Source: an uncultured Acholeplasmataceae bacterium (GTDB taxonomy: Bacteria > Bacillota_I > Bacilli_A > Acholeplasmatales > Acholeplasmataceae). From it: a DNA stretch of 64,000 nucleotides. The stretch spans positions 13,628 to 77,627 of the forward strand of contig CAUTZH010000003.1 in the NCBI GenBank assembly GCA_963543155.1. The letters are read 5' to 3'. Each line of letters starts with the position of its first letter. Positions within the stretch are counted from its first letter, which is position 1. Positions 9,382 to 18,004 of this stretch are shown piece by piece. The position numbers and the translations under genes were made by a program. The notes under the pieces are model-generated. The model saw only the letters and a list, made by a program, of their open reading frames with translations, was not told the origin of the DNA and made no database searches.

Positions 9382-10635
9382 TTACTTGATTTCCTTTAAA
9401 ATTTCTGGATACACTGAACTAAAGTCAAGACCAAACTCAGATGGCAAATAAGTGTCTTCTGCTTTTATGGTCAGCGATAAAACAGATGAGTTTAAACAGT
9501 TTTCAATTAACATAGGTTTGTTAATTTTATCTTCATATTCTTTAGTTAAACTTAGTTTTGGCGAAGTTGTTGGGTTTTTAGGAAGATAAACAGTGCAGCA
9601 ATCTTCAAATGGTTTAATTGAAATTAAAAAAGTGTTAATTTGCTTAGAAATAGCAATTATTTCGTTTTTATCCATTCCAGCAAGTGGCCTAAAAACTGGC
9701 AGAGACACACCTTCGTTAATTGTGTAGATTGACTGCAAGGTTTGCGAGGCAACTTGGCCCACCGATTCTCCAGTAAACACCCCAAGTGCGCCGACATTTT
9801 GAGCAACGGCTTCTGTAATTTTATACATAAATCTACGCATCAGAGTAATAATGTATGCGTCTGGTACTTTTTTTAAAATTTCTTCGTGAATTTCTTTAAA
9901 AGCCACGACATGGATTTTAATTGAGTTTCCAGGCATGTATTTAGCCAAAACACGGGCTAATTGAAAGACTTTATCTAAAGACTCAACTGGAGTTAGCGGA
10001 GTCGACTCAAAGTGAATTAGTTCAACCAAACAACCCTTTTTAATTGCTGAAAACGCAGCAACTGGCGAATCTATTCCACCACTTAAAAGGGTTAAAACTT
10101 TGCCAGAAATTCCGGCAGGTAGTCCACCAATTAGCGGAAATTTTTTAAAGTAAATGTAAGTTTTATTTGGCTTAATTACGGCGTGCAAGGTGTTTAAAGG
10201 AGTGTGTACATCTACTTTTAAGTGTTTGGTTTGATGCTTTAAAATATAGCCAGCAAGTTCTTTACAAAAAGTTTGTGAATCAGGTGAAAATTGCTTATCT
10301 ACGCGCTTTACTACTACTTTAAATGTTGAATTTTGAATAGTTTCTTGTTCAACTACAGCCAAAGCTTTTCTTTTAATTTCGCTTGATTCGCTGTCTGCAA
10401 GGTGAATAAAACTAAAGGAAGAAAAACCAGTAAGTAGGTAAAGCGAGTCTACTACTTTTTGTCTATTTTCATCAAAAAACTCAAGTAAAACATGGTCATA
10501 TAAAAACTCAACTTTAACACAGTGTAAAGCCGTTTTTTCTTTAACCAAAAGGTTGGCTGCTTTTTTAAATGCTTTGATGTTTTTGCCTTTCAACATCAAG
10601 TCGCCATATCTAAGTAATATATATTGATTTTCCAT
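9382..10635 (-). CDS. thiI: tRNA 4-thiouridine synthase ThiI
   Basis: 417 aa: THUMP-like N-terminal half and PP-loop 'LLSGGIDSPVAA'. Confidence 0.9.
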   Translation of the reverse strand: MENQYILLRYGDLMLKGKNIKAFKKAANLLVKEKTALHCVKVEFLYDHVLLEFFDENRQKVVDSLYLLTGFSSFSFIHLADSESSEIKRKALAVVEQETIQNSTFKVVVKRVDKQFSPDSQTFCKELAGYILKHQTKHLKVDVHTPLNTLHAVIKPNKTYIYFKKFPLIGGLPAGISGKVLTLLSGGIDSPVAAFSAIKKGCLVELIHFESTPLTPVESLDKVFQLARVLAKYMPGNSIKIHVVAFKEIHEEILKKVPDAYIITLMRRFMYKITEAVAQNVGALGVFTGESVGQVASQTLQSIYTINEGVSLPVFRPLAGMDKNEIIAISKQINTFLISIKPFEDCCTVYLPKNPTTSPKLSLTKEYEDKINKPMLIENCLNSSVLSLTIKAEDTYLPSEFGLDFSSVYPEILKEIK

Positions 10636-10736
10636 AAATAATACACCTTTTTTGCAGTATTTTAATATAAAATTGTCTCTTTTTGTCTATACTATTATAT
10701 AATATAAGCGACGCAATTTAATGTTGTGGAGGAAAT

Positions 10737-12965
10737 ATGCCAAAAAAAATTATATATATTTTTACCCTAATTTTAACTGCTTTGGCGCTAGCATCATGTT
10801 CAACTTCAGACAAAGCAGCACTATTTGAATATAGGCTAAAATTAGCAAAAGGCGAAACTCAAAAAACCTTGAAATCTTCTTTTAACCTAGATTCACTTAT
10901 CAATGGCAAAACTGTTAAATGGGAACTAGATACACCAAATAAAAATGTAATTAGACTAGAGAAAACTACAGTGGTGGTTGAACCTGGTGACAGAGAAGTT
11001 GCTGCTATTTTAAAAGCAACTTACGAAGATTTTTATCGTGAGTTTGAGTTAGTTGTACCAAAAAGTTCAACACCCAATCCACAACCTGGTCCACAACCTA
11101 AACCAGATCCGGATCCAGATCCACAACCAAATCCACCAACTCCAAAACCAGAACCAGATCCAGATCCTACTGTAGAAGTTGAAGGCGATCCTGAACCAGA
11201 AGCACCACTAACTCCGCTAGTTGATTTAAAAGACAAATTAAGTCTACCTGCAAATGACCCTAAGTTTAAACCACACAGCACTAAATCTGATTTAAGGGGA
11301 CACAAAACCAGAATTAAAGGTAAATACATCACAAGTTCAAACGCACCTTTGATGGCCATTACTATGCTTGAAGAAGAGGTGCCTTATATTTCTGTTAAAA
11401 ACTTCTTTAAAGGTCTTGACGGTATTGTTGACTTTAACCAACACAAATATGAATACGTCTACCAAGGACACAAATATGAATTGGTTAAAAAAATGGAAGT
11501 TGAAGAAACTAAGACTAAAACTATTGTTAAACTAGTTATTGAAACTAACAAAATCAAACCAGAGTCTCCAGATTTAGCAAAAGAAGAATACACCTTTATC
11601 TACGAACACACAGCACAACGTTTCGTAATTGGTGATGCTAAATTTTTGGAAGAAGTGTTCGCCTACAACGAAGCGTGGAATGAACCTGAACCTGCTTACG
11701 CAAACTATAGGCGAACTAAACTAAGTTTAACTAATGCAAGACCTTTAACTTACGAACTTAACCGCTATAAACTGGGTTCTTATCAAACTAAAGACGACGA
11801 AGTTTTACTGCCACTGGCTATTCTTTCTTTAGTTTTAAACTCAGAGACAAATGAACGCGCAACCTACTACACAGGTTCACTAATTTATACCAATAATCTA
11901 GTAGGTAAAGGCAACGGTGCAATTGCACAGGCTGAGAAAGACGAAAACGTCTACGTGAACTCATTTAAAACCCAAATGCCAAAATCAGTTTCTGGCTTTA
12001 CATGGAAAACCATGGCTTTCTTTTTTAACACAATTTACGGAAACATTCCTTTACGTAAAGCAGCAAACGATGCGCTTGAAAAGTTTGCCGATAAAATTTT
12101 GAGTACCGAATCAGACGATGTCTATTTCGGGATGAGAGAAGTGATTAAAGCCTTGGATGACTTGCACACCGATGAAGATAAAAGCGTTTCTCTTTACGCA
12201 GATAACGAAGAACCTGAAAAAAGTAAATTTTTTATCGGTTTTTGGAATTTGTTAGAGGCAAAACAAAACCTTTCCGACAGAAAACTATACTCAGTTTCTC
12301 AAGACGGAAAAACTGCCATTATTAACTTAAAAGGTTTTGAAATTGATGGTGAAGATGAAAACGGAGACCTAATTTTAGGCACAGTTAAACAGTATATTAA
12401 GGCAGTTAAAGAAATTAAAAGCAAACACCCAGGTGTTGAAAATATCGTTATCAACATGGCTGCCAACGGTGGCGGTGTGGTAGCGGCTGCTGTAGACCTG
12501 GCTGCGTTAATTGCGGGACCTGGCAAATCTATTACCTACTCTGAATACCACCCAATTACTGGTCAACGCAGAACTACTACCGTTCAAACTAAATACACAA
12601 ATGCCGAAGTTCCTCGCTTTAAAAACTATTTCGTGCAAACTTCTGGCTCTACTTTCTCATCAGGTTCAATGTTTACAGGTATGTTTAGAGACAATAACTT
12701 AGGTAAAGTAATTGGCTTTAAGACTCAAGGCGGGGCGTCGGCTACTACTCCTGTACACTTCCCACTTGGTATGATTGCCTACTACTCTTCAAACAATGTC
12801 TATGTAACTGAAAAGAAAGACATAAGAGCTGCACACAGCGAGGCGGAACTTGGAATTGAACCAGACTATAAATATACAACCAAGGACAACAAATCAGGTG
12901 CAAAAAAACTATTTGACGCAACTTGGGTGGCTAGTCAGCTTAAATCAGCAGGCTATATTTCTTAA
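10737..12965 (+). CDS. Lipoprotein with Pro/Asp-rich linker and C-terminal S41-peptidase-like domain
   Basis: 742 aa. Signal peptide with lipobox 'LALASC'. Linker 'PNPQPGPQPKPDPDPDPQPNPPTPKPEPDPDP'. C-terminal 'INMAANGGGVVAAA...TSGSTFSSGSMF' resembles the S41 tail-specific protease core. Confidence 0.65.
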   Translation: MPKKIIYIFTLILTALALASCSTSDKAALFEYRLKLAKGETQKTLKSSFNLDSLINGKTVKWELDTPNKNVIRLEKTTVVVEPGDREVAAILKATYEDFYREFELVVPKSSTPNPQPGPQPKPDPDPDPQPNPPTPKPEPDPDPTVEVEGDPEPEAPLTPLVDLKDKLSLPANDPKFKPHSTKSDLRGHKTRIKGKYITSSNAPLMAITMLEEEVPYISVKNFFKGLDGIVDFNQHKYEYVYQGHKYELVKKMEVEETKTKTIVKLVIETNKIKPESPDLAKEEYTFIYEHTAQRFVIGDAKFLEEVFAYNEAWNEPEPAYANYRRTKLSLTNARPLTYELNRYKLGSYQTKDDEVLLPLAILSLVLNSETNERATYYTGSLIYTNNLVGKGNGAIAQAEKDENVYVNSFKTQMPKSVSGFTWKTMAFFFNTIYGNIPLRKAANDALEKFADKILSTESDDVYFGMREVIKALDDLHTDEDKSVSLYADNEEPEKSKFFIGFWNLLEAKQNLSDRKLYSVSQDGKTAIINLKGFEIDGEDENGDLILGTVKQYIKAVKEIKSKHPGVENIVINMAANGGGVVAAAVDLAALIAGPGKSITYSEYHPITGQRRTTTVQTKYTNAEVPRFKNYFVQTSGSTFSSGSMFTGMFRDNNLGKVIGFKTQGGASATTPVHFPLGMIAYYSSNNVYVTEKKDIRAAHSEAELGIEPDYKYTTKDNKSGAKKLFDATWVASQLKSAGYIS

Positions 12966-12968
12966 AAA

Positions 12969-13745
12969 GTGAACACACCTTTTATTGATTACCACGCACA
13001 TCTTGCTTCTATTGAGAAAGACCAAGATAAGGTGTGTGAAGAAAACGAAAAAAAATGCAAAGAAAATAACACTAAATACATAATTTGTGGAACCGGTGCA
13101 GACGACAATATGCGTACTGTTGAACTAGCTCGCAAATACAAAACTTATGCAACTATCGGAATTGATCCACAAAACTGCCAAGACAGTTTTGAGGAGTTAA
13201 TTGAACTTTGGCAAAAAAGTAAAGATATAGTTGTAGGTCTTGGAGAAATTGGAATTGACCTTTATTGGCGTCAAGATAATTTTGATTTACAAAAAGAGAT
13301 TTTTTTAAAACAAATTGAGTTTGCTTCTAAAAACAAAATACCAGTAGTTATTCACGGAAGAAGTGCTTACAGGGAAGTTTTTGACTTAATTTATCCGTAT
13401 CGCGGTAGATTAAAAGGCTCTATTCATTGTTTTGATGGTGATTTAGATATTGCTTTGAAATTTGTTGATGAAATGCAGTTTATGATAGGAATTACTGGGA
13501 TAGTTACTTTTAAAAATGCAGATGTTTTGAGAAAAGTAGTTAAAGGAATTCCACTTGAAAACTTATTGATAGAAACAGATAGTCCTTATTTAGCACCTGG
13601 TAAATATAGAGGAAAAAAATGTTTACCATATATGGTTGAAGAGACTTACAGGGCTATTGCTGAAATTAAAGAAGTTAGTATGAGTAAATTAAAAGAAAAT
13701 GTTAAAAATAACTTAGTGAAAATGTTGGGTGTGGAGTTATTGTGA
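12969..13745 (+). CDS. tatD: TatD-family metal-dependent hydrolase/DNase
   Basis: 258 aa, GTG start. 'IDYHAHL', 'GEIGIDLYW', 'PVVIHGR' and 'ETDSPYLAP' are TatD motifs. Confidence 0.85.
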   Translation: MNTPFIDYHAHLASIEKDQDKVCEENEKKCKENNTKYIICGTGADDNMRTVELARKYKTYATIGIDPQNCQDSFEELIELWQKSKDIVVGLGEIGIDLYWRQDNFDLQKEIFLKQIEFASKNKIPVVIHGRSAYREVFDLIYPYRGRLKGSIHCFDGDLDIALKFVDEMQFMIGITGIVTFKNADVLRKVVKGIPLENLLIETDSPYLAPGKYRGKKCLPYMVEETYRAIAEIKEVSMSKLKENVKNNLVKMLGVELL

Positions 13746-14395
13746 ATTTTGATATTTTATTTTCAAGATACTGTTCTTTACTTGAAAACAAAAAACAAAA
13801 GATGCCACTTAAAACTAAATTTGCCTTGGTCTTATTTGTTTTGTTTATGTTAGTAATCGCTACTCTATTTTTGTTTTACATCTTTAAAACTGAATTAGTT
13901 TATTTGGCGAGCTTTTTGATTTTATTAACTATATTTTTATTTTTTTTGCTTTTTTTGGCATTTAAAAATAAGGAAAATAATATTGATGCTGAAAATGAAT
14001 GCGAAAACTCAGAGAAATACATTAAAGAAGTGACTGAAGTTCTTGAAGGCTGCGGTGTTGATATTCAAAAAACCGATGTTCTTAATTTATTGATAGAAGA
14101 GGCCAAAGAAAAACAAAAGAGCAATTTTTCAGTTAGTTTAAACAAGGCAATAACGATACTTAGCTCTCTTTATTATTTGATTGTTACACTTGTCTGTAAA
14201 GCACTATACGATAAATATGGTTTTTGGAAACTGATTATCTTTTTAGTTTTTGCTGTGTTCTTCTTTTTTGTTATAAGTTTGTTTTTTCAATTTATAAAGT
14301 CTTTTACTAAACAACATTTTGAGTTTAAGTATATGAAACATAACAAGTTCATATATGATTTAAAGCAAATTAAAATTTTTTACAATACAAAATAA
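13742..14395 (+). CDS. Hypothetical membrane protein
   Basis: 217 aa, GTG start overlapping the tatD stop. Two TM pairs flank a charged E/K-rich loop. Confidence 0.5.
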   Translation: MNFDILFSRYCSLLENKKQKMPLKTKFALVLFVLFMLVIATLFLFYIFKTELVYLASFLILLTIFLFFLLFLAFKNKENNIDAENECENSEKYIKEVTEVLEGCGVDIQKTDVLNLLIEEAKEKQKSNFSVSLNKAITILSSLYYLIVTLVCKALYDKYGFWKLIIFLVFAVFFFFVISLFFQFIKSFTKQHFEFKYMKHNKFIYDLKQIKIFYNTK

Positions 14396-14539
14396 TATCT
14401 ATTCTTACAAAGTAAATGAAAAAAATTTTCTGTGTATTGTATTACTTTATAAGATTTAAATAATTTAACTAAAACAAAAAAATATAGTAAACTTTCAGTT
14501 AAAAATAGATTTGACTACAATTGAATATACTGATATTTT

Positions 14540-14566
14540 AAAAAACGCCTAGTTAGGCGTTTTTTA
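14540..14566 (+). terminator. Bidirectional hairpin terminator (left copy)
   Basis: aaaaaacgcct-agtt-aggcgtttttt. Arms are identical to the hairpin at 16703-16730. Confidence 0.7.
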
Positions 14567-14645
14567 ATGTTTATTTGTTCCTTTGTTGCGGGGGTTATAT
14601 ATTTTTATCAACTTTTAGATTTAAAAATGGCTTTTAGAACCTTAA

Positions 14646-14676
14646 AATAAAGAATTCCCAATTTCTACCACTATAT
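14646..14676 (-). repeat. ~31-bp islet repeat, copy A (inverted relative to B and C)
   Basis: Plus strand aataaagaattcccaatttctaccactatat. Its reverse complement, atatagtggTAGAAATtgggaattctttatt, matches copy B at 25/31. Confidence 0.7.
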
Positions 14677-14941
14677 GATAAATAATTGCTGACTACTACT
14701 ATTGTAATAATGAGCAAAACACGCAATTTTTAACCAAAAAGTAGAGTTTAAGGATTGTTACAACAATTATTTCTTTTCCCATCTGCATATTTTCCCATAT
14801 TTTACAATGTGGATTACTCTATAACTAATTAGGATTAAATACCTAAAAATTTATTCATTAGAAATATAAAATCGCAGTTTTAAGCTTAAATTTTACTAAA
14901 CTCGTGGTATTTGTTGCATTTTTACAATTTTGTAAATTTTT

Positions 14942-14972
14942 ATATAGTGGATGTGGCTGGGAATTCTTTATT
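14942..14972 (+). repeat. ~31-bp islet repeat, copy B
   Basis: atatagtggatgtggctgggaattctttatt. Forms an inverted pair with copy A around a 265-bp non-coding segment. Confidence 0.7.
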
Positions 14973-15052
14973 AAAATGATGCGTTAATGTGCTGTAAATA
15001 TCAAAATTAGCAAAATTATGTGGTTTATAACTTCGCTATCAATAAGTTAGTG

Positions 15053-16375
15053 CTATTTTAAAACTACCCAAATGCCTTTTTTGTCTGTACCTTCTCTTTT
15101 AATATAACCTTTTTCCTTTAGTCCTTTTAAATATCGTTCAGCAGTTCTCTTTGTTTTATGCAGTAATGTTGCGATTTTATCAGTTGTTAGCGTTGGTTCC
15201 TTTAAAAGCAGTAAAGTAATTTTTTGCTCAATCTTATTTAATTTTAAATCTGTTTCTAGAGAAACGTTAATACCTGTTTTAATTTCTTTAACAACTTTTT
15301 CGTTGAATGGTATAGATACAATAATGTAATTATCGCTAATTTCAAAAACACCTTTGCCATAGTTTTCAATAATAATCGGAATGCCGTGTCCTGTGTGGTC
15401 TACTATATCTAGATCTGAAAATATCTTCATTAGTTTAGCATTTCTAGGTTTACTAATACCTAGAAAAAAATCTTTTAATTTTAAGTTATAAGGAAGACCT
15501 CCATGCGATAAAATTTCAATTCTATCGCTAAAAAATGAAACTTGCGGCTCTGTAATAGACCAATCATTGTGGACTATTGCGTTAACAATAGCTTCATTTA
15601 CACTGTCGTAATGAAATAAAAATGTGTCTTTTCTTGGTCTAACTGAAGTATCAGAAAGACAAATATTTTCCGCAGCAATTCTGTTCATAAGTTGGCGATA
15701 TCCAAAAATTATTGATTTGTTTCCATAATTACTTCTTTGTGATAACGCGGCTTTAGTTTTCCCACTAAATTTTACAAATATTAAAGAAAATCGGTTATTA
15801 TCAGAAAGCAGTTCAGCCATTTTGTTGTATTTACCGCTACTGTTTATTAACGTTAGATTAGTTTCAAAAGTTTCTTCATTTAATTTATAGCCAAATTCTA
15901 AATAGGAGTTTTTTAAAGTTTGAAATGATAAAATTGGTAAATTAGTAGTAGAAGAGGCCAAAACATCGTCGTCAAAAAAATTTTGTTTATATCTTACTCT
16001 AATTTGTTCTGCATCCATTTCTCTTGAAGAAGAACCTACCCTAATTGCACATCCGCTTGTTGAAAAACCATACTTTTTTATACAATACAAAGGAGATATA
16101 CCTTTTTTTACAATTACCACTACAACAAGAATGCCGTTTATGCTTTCTAGTTCTGTTTTTACCATGTCTTGTGCGCTTGGTTCTATTTGTGTAGTGATAA
16201 TGTCACAAATTGATCTTAAAATTTGGTCAATATTAGAAACACCGACAACTTTTCCATCATTATCGACACCTATGTATATTTTTCCGCCCTCTGCATTCAA
16301 AAATGCTACAATTTCTTTTACAATTTGGTTAGTGTATTTCACCTTTAATTCAACTTTATTTGACTCAACCAGCAT
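15053..16375 (-). CDS. AlbA_2 (Schlafen-like, 'divergent AAA') domain protein with C-terminal winged-helix; putative regulator
   Basis: ORF 15053-16387. Start preferred at ATG 16375 ('MLVESNKVELK'), 5 nt after a GGAGG. 'ESNKVELKVKY...IVKEIVAFLNAEGGKIYIGVDNDGKVVGV' is the AlbA_2 signature. C-terminal 'LLLLKEPTLTTDKIATLLHKTKRTAERYLKGLKEKGYIKREG' is a wHTH. Confidence 0.7.
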   Translation of the reverse strand: MLVESNKVELKVKYTNQIVKEIVAFLNAEGGKIYIGVDNDGKVVGVSNIDQILRSICDIITTQIEPSAQDMVKTELESINGILVVVVIVKKGISPLYCIKKYGFSTSGCAIRVGSSSREMDAEQIRVRYKQNFFDDDVLASSTTNLPILSFQTLKNSYLEFGYKLNEETFETNLTLINSSGKYNKMAELLSDNNRFSLIFVKFSGKTKAALSQRSNYGNKSIIFGYRQLMNRIAAENICLSDTSVRPRKDTFLFHYDSVNEAIVNAIVHNDWSITEPQVSFFSDRIEILSHGGLPYNLKLKDFFLGISKPRNAKLMKIFSDLDIVDHTGHGIPIIIENYGKGVFEISDNYIIVSIPFNEKVVKEIKTGINVSLETDLKLNKIEQKITLLLLKEPTLTTDKIATLLHKTKRTAERYLKGLKEKGYIKREGTDKKGIWVVLK

Positions 16376-16393
16376 AACTACCTCCATAAATTT

Positions 16394-16422
16394 AAAATAT
16401 CACATCTAGCGACAAATTTCAA
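16394..16422 (-). promoter_or_regulatory. Putative sigma-A promoter of the AlbA_2 gene
   Basis: Minus strand TTGAAA (16422-16417), 17 nt, TATTTT (16399-16394). The -10 is weak and the predicted TSS lies just upstream of the GGAGG. Confidence 0.35.
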
Positions 16423-16430
16423 TTAAAATG

Positions 16431-16514
16431 CGACATTTACACCGACATTTACACCGACATTTACACCGACATTTACACCGACATTTACACCGACATATAC
16501 ACCGACATTTACAC
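16431..16514. repeat. Tandem repeat, 7 x 12 bp (CGACATTTACAC)
   Basis: Seven head-to-tail units. Six are identical and unit 6 is cgacatAtacac. There are no spacers. The array abuts the -35 of the AlbA_2 gene promoter. Confidence 0.95.
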
Positions 16515-16657
16515 AAAAAATACCTGAACTTTTTACAAAAATATAACTAATGCTGAGTTAAGAAATTTTTTTAAATTATTGTGTTAAATATGGGTTTATA
16601 GCCAAAAAATTTGTGCAATCTGCGAATCTGAATAAACAGAAATTTAAGACAGGTTTA

Positions 16658-16688
16658 ATATAGTAGATGTAGTTAAGAATTCTTTAAT
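16658..16688 (+). repeat. ~31-bp islet repeat, copy C
   Basis: atatagtagatgtagttaagaattctttaat (25/31 to copy B), 15 bp inside the right-hand terminator hairpin. Confidence 0.65.
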
Positions 16689-16702
16689 TTATCAAAAATA
16701 GT

Positions 16703-16730
16703 AAAAAACGCCTAATCAGGCGTTTTTTTT
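16703..16730 (-). terminator. Bidirectional hairpin terminator (right copy), terminates the aminopeptidase gene
   Basis: aaaaaacgcct-aatc-aggcgtttttttt, 17 nt past the stop of the 16747-17991 gene. Confidence 0.75.
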
Positions 16731-16746
16731 GAAAAAAAATACTTAT

Positions 16747-17991
16747 TTATTTTTGGCAGGCTAGCAACTTTTCAATTTTATCAGGGTCTTTTTCGATTCC
16801 TGAAGACAAGCAAACATGTCCGTCTTTAGTAATTAAAATATCGTCTTCTATTCTAACTCCGATTTTCTCATCTGCTATATAGAGACCAGGTTCACAAGTT
16901 AAATACATTCCTGCTTCCATGGGTTTAGTGTAGTCGCCGGTGTCGTGAACGTCTAGACCTAAAAAATGTCCGACTGAGTGGTAGTAATATTTGCCAATTT
17001 CTTCAGGCTTCTTAATTAAGCCAATTTTAAGGCTTTCTTCAATTAAGACGTCACGTGCAATTTTGTTATACTCAGGCCAAGTCAAGCCCGGTTTAAGTGC
17101 TGCCATTGCTTTAGTTTGGGCTTTTAGCACAATATTGTAAATTTGCTTTTGTCTTGCGGTAAACTTACCATCAACTGGATAAGTTCTGGTGATATCTGAA
17201 GCATAATTTTGAAAGTTCACACCCACATCGCAAACACATAAAGTATTTGGCTCAACTTTGTCTGAGTTGACCACGTAGTGCAGGGTAGTTGAGTTTTTAC
17301 CGCTTCCAATAATTGAAGCAAATGAAGTTCTAGTGTTATTTTTCTTAAGTACGTAGTTGTATTCTGCTTCAATGTCGTATTCATAAATTCCTGATTTAAT
17401 GTTTTTGCGAATTGCAGCAAGCGCGTCTGCTGTGACTTCAACTGCTTTTTGCAAGCACTTAATTTCTGCGTTGTCTTTAATCATTCTGAGACTCGCGATT
17501 TTTTGGTGTACGTTTTGAATTGTTAGTTGTGGCAGAGTTTGTTTAACAAAGTCTGCAAACTTATAACTATCTGAATACAAAAAGTCAGTTTCTAAGTTTA
17601 AGTAAAGAGTACTGATTTCGCCAAATACAGCAGAGCGAGTAGCCTCGGTTAAGCCTTGAATGTATCCTTTTAATTTAGAGATATTTAAAACTGCGTCAAT
17701 TTTCGCGATTTCTCCGGCGGCTTTTAAAGTCAAGCGTTCGCCTACCCATAGGGCAATTGTCGGATCAGTTTCTTCTTTAAATAAAATAGTTTGTGTTCTG
17801 TCTTGGCCTTTGACTAAACAAAGCACGCAGTTGTCTTCGTTAACTCCGGTTAAATAGTAAAAATCACGGTTTACTTCAAACGGAAAAGTTTGGTCAGCTG
17901 AGTACTTTAACTCAAAGCCAGAAAACACCAAAGTAATAGAACCCGCTGGCAGCAAGTTAAATAAATTAGTTCGTCTTTTTTGAAAATCCAC
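16747..17991 (-). CDS. Xaa-Pro aminopeptidase/dipeptidase (M24B)
   Basis: 414 aa; 'DVGVNFQNYASDITRT', 'HSVGHFLGLDVHD' and 'EPGLYI...GVRIEDDILIT' are the M24B metal ligands. Confidence 0.85.
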   Translation of the reverse strand: MDFQKRRTNLFNLLPAGSITLVFSGFELKYSADQTFPFEVNRDFYYLTGVNEDNCVLCLVKGQDRTQTILFKEETDPTIALWVGERLTLKAAGEIAKIDAVLNISKLKGYIQGLTEATRSAVFGEISTLYLNLETDFLYSDSYKFADFVKQTLPQLTIQNVHQKIASLRMIKDNAEIKCLQKAVEVTADALAAIRKNIKSGIYEYDIEAEYNYVLKKNNTRTSFASIIGSGKNSTTLHYVVNSDKVEPNTLCVCDVGVNFQNYASDITRTYPVDGKFTARQKQIYNIVLKAQTKAMAALKPGLTWPEYNKIARDVLIEESLKIGLIKKPEEIGKYYYHSVGHFLGLDVHDTGDYTKPMEAGMYLTCEPGLYIADEKIGVRIEDDILITKDGHVCLSSGIEKDPDKIEKLLACQK

Positions 17992-18004
17992 AAAATAACC
18001 TTTC

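Noticed and set aside
11080-11190. Repetitive ccagatcc-type DNA as a variable-number repeat or mobile remnant
   Set aside because: It is in frame and encodes a Pro/Asp/Gln-rich flexible linker of a lipoprotein. The repeats are imperfect, so there is no evidence for more than ordinary low complexity.
16431-16514. CRISPR array
   Set aside because: The units are only 12 bp and directly abutting, with no spacers, and there are no cas genes in the window. It is a plain tandem repeat.
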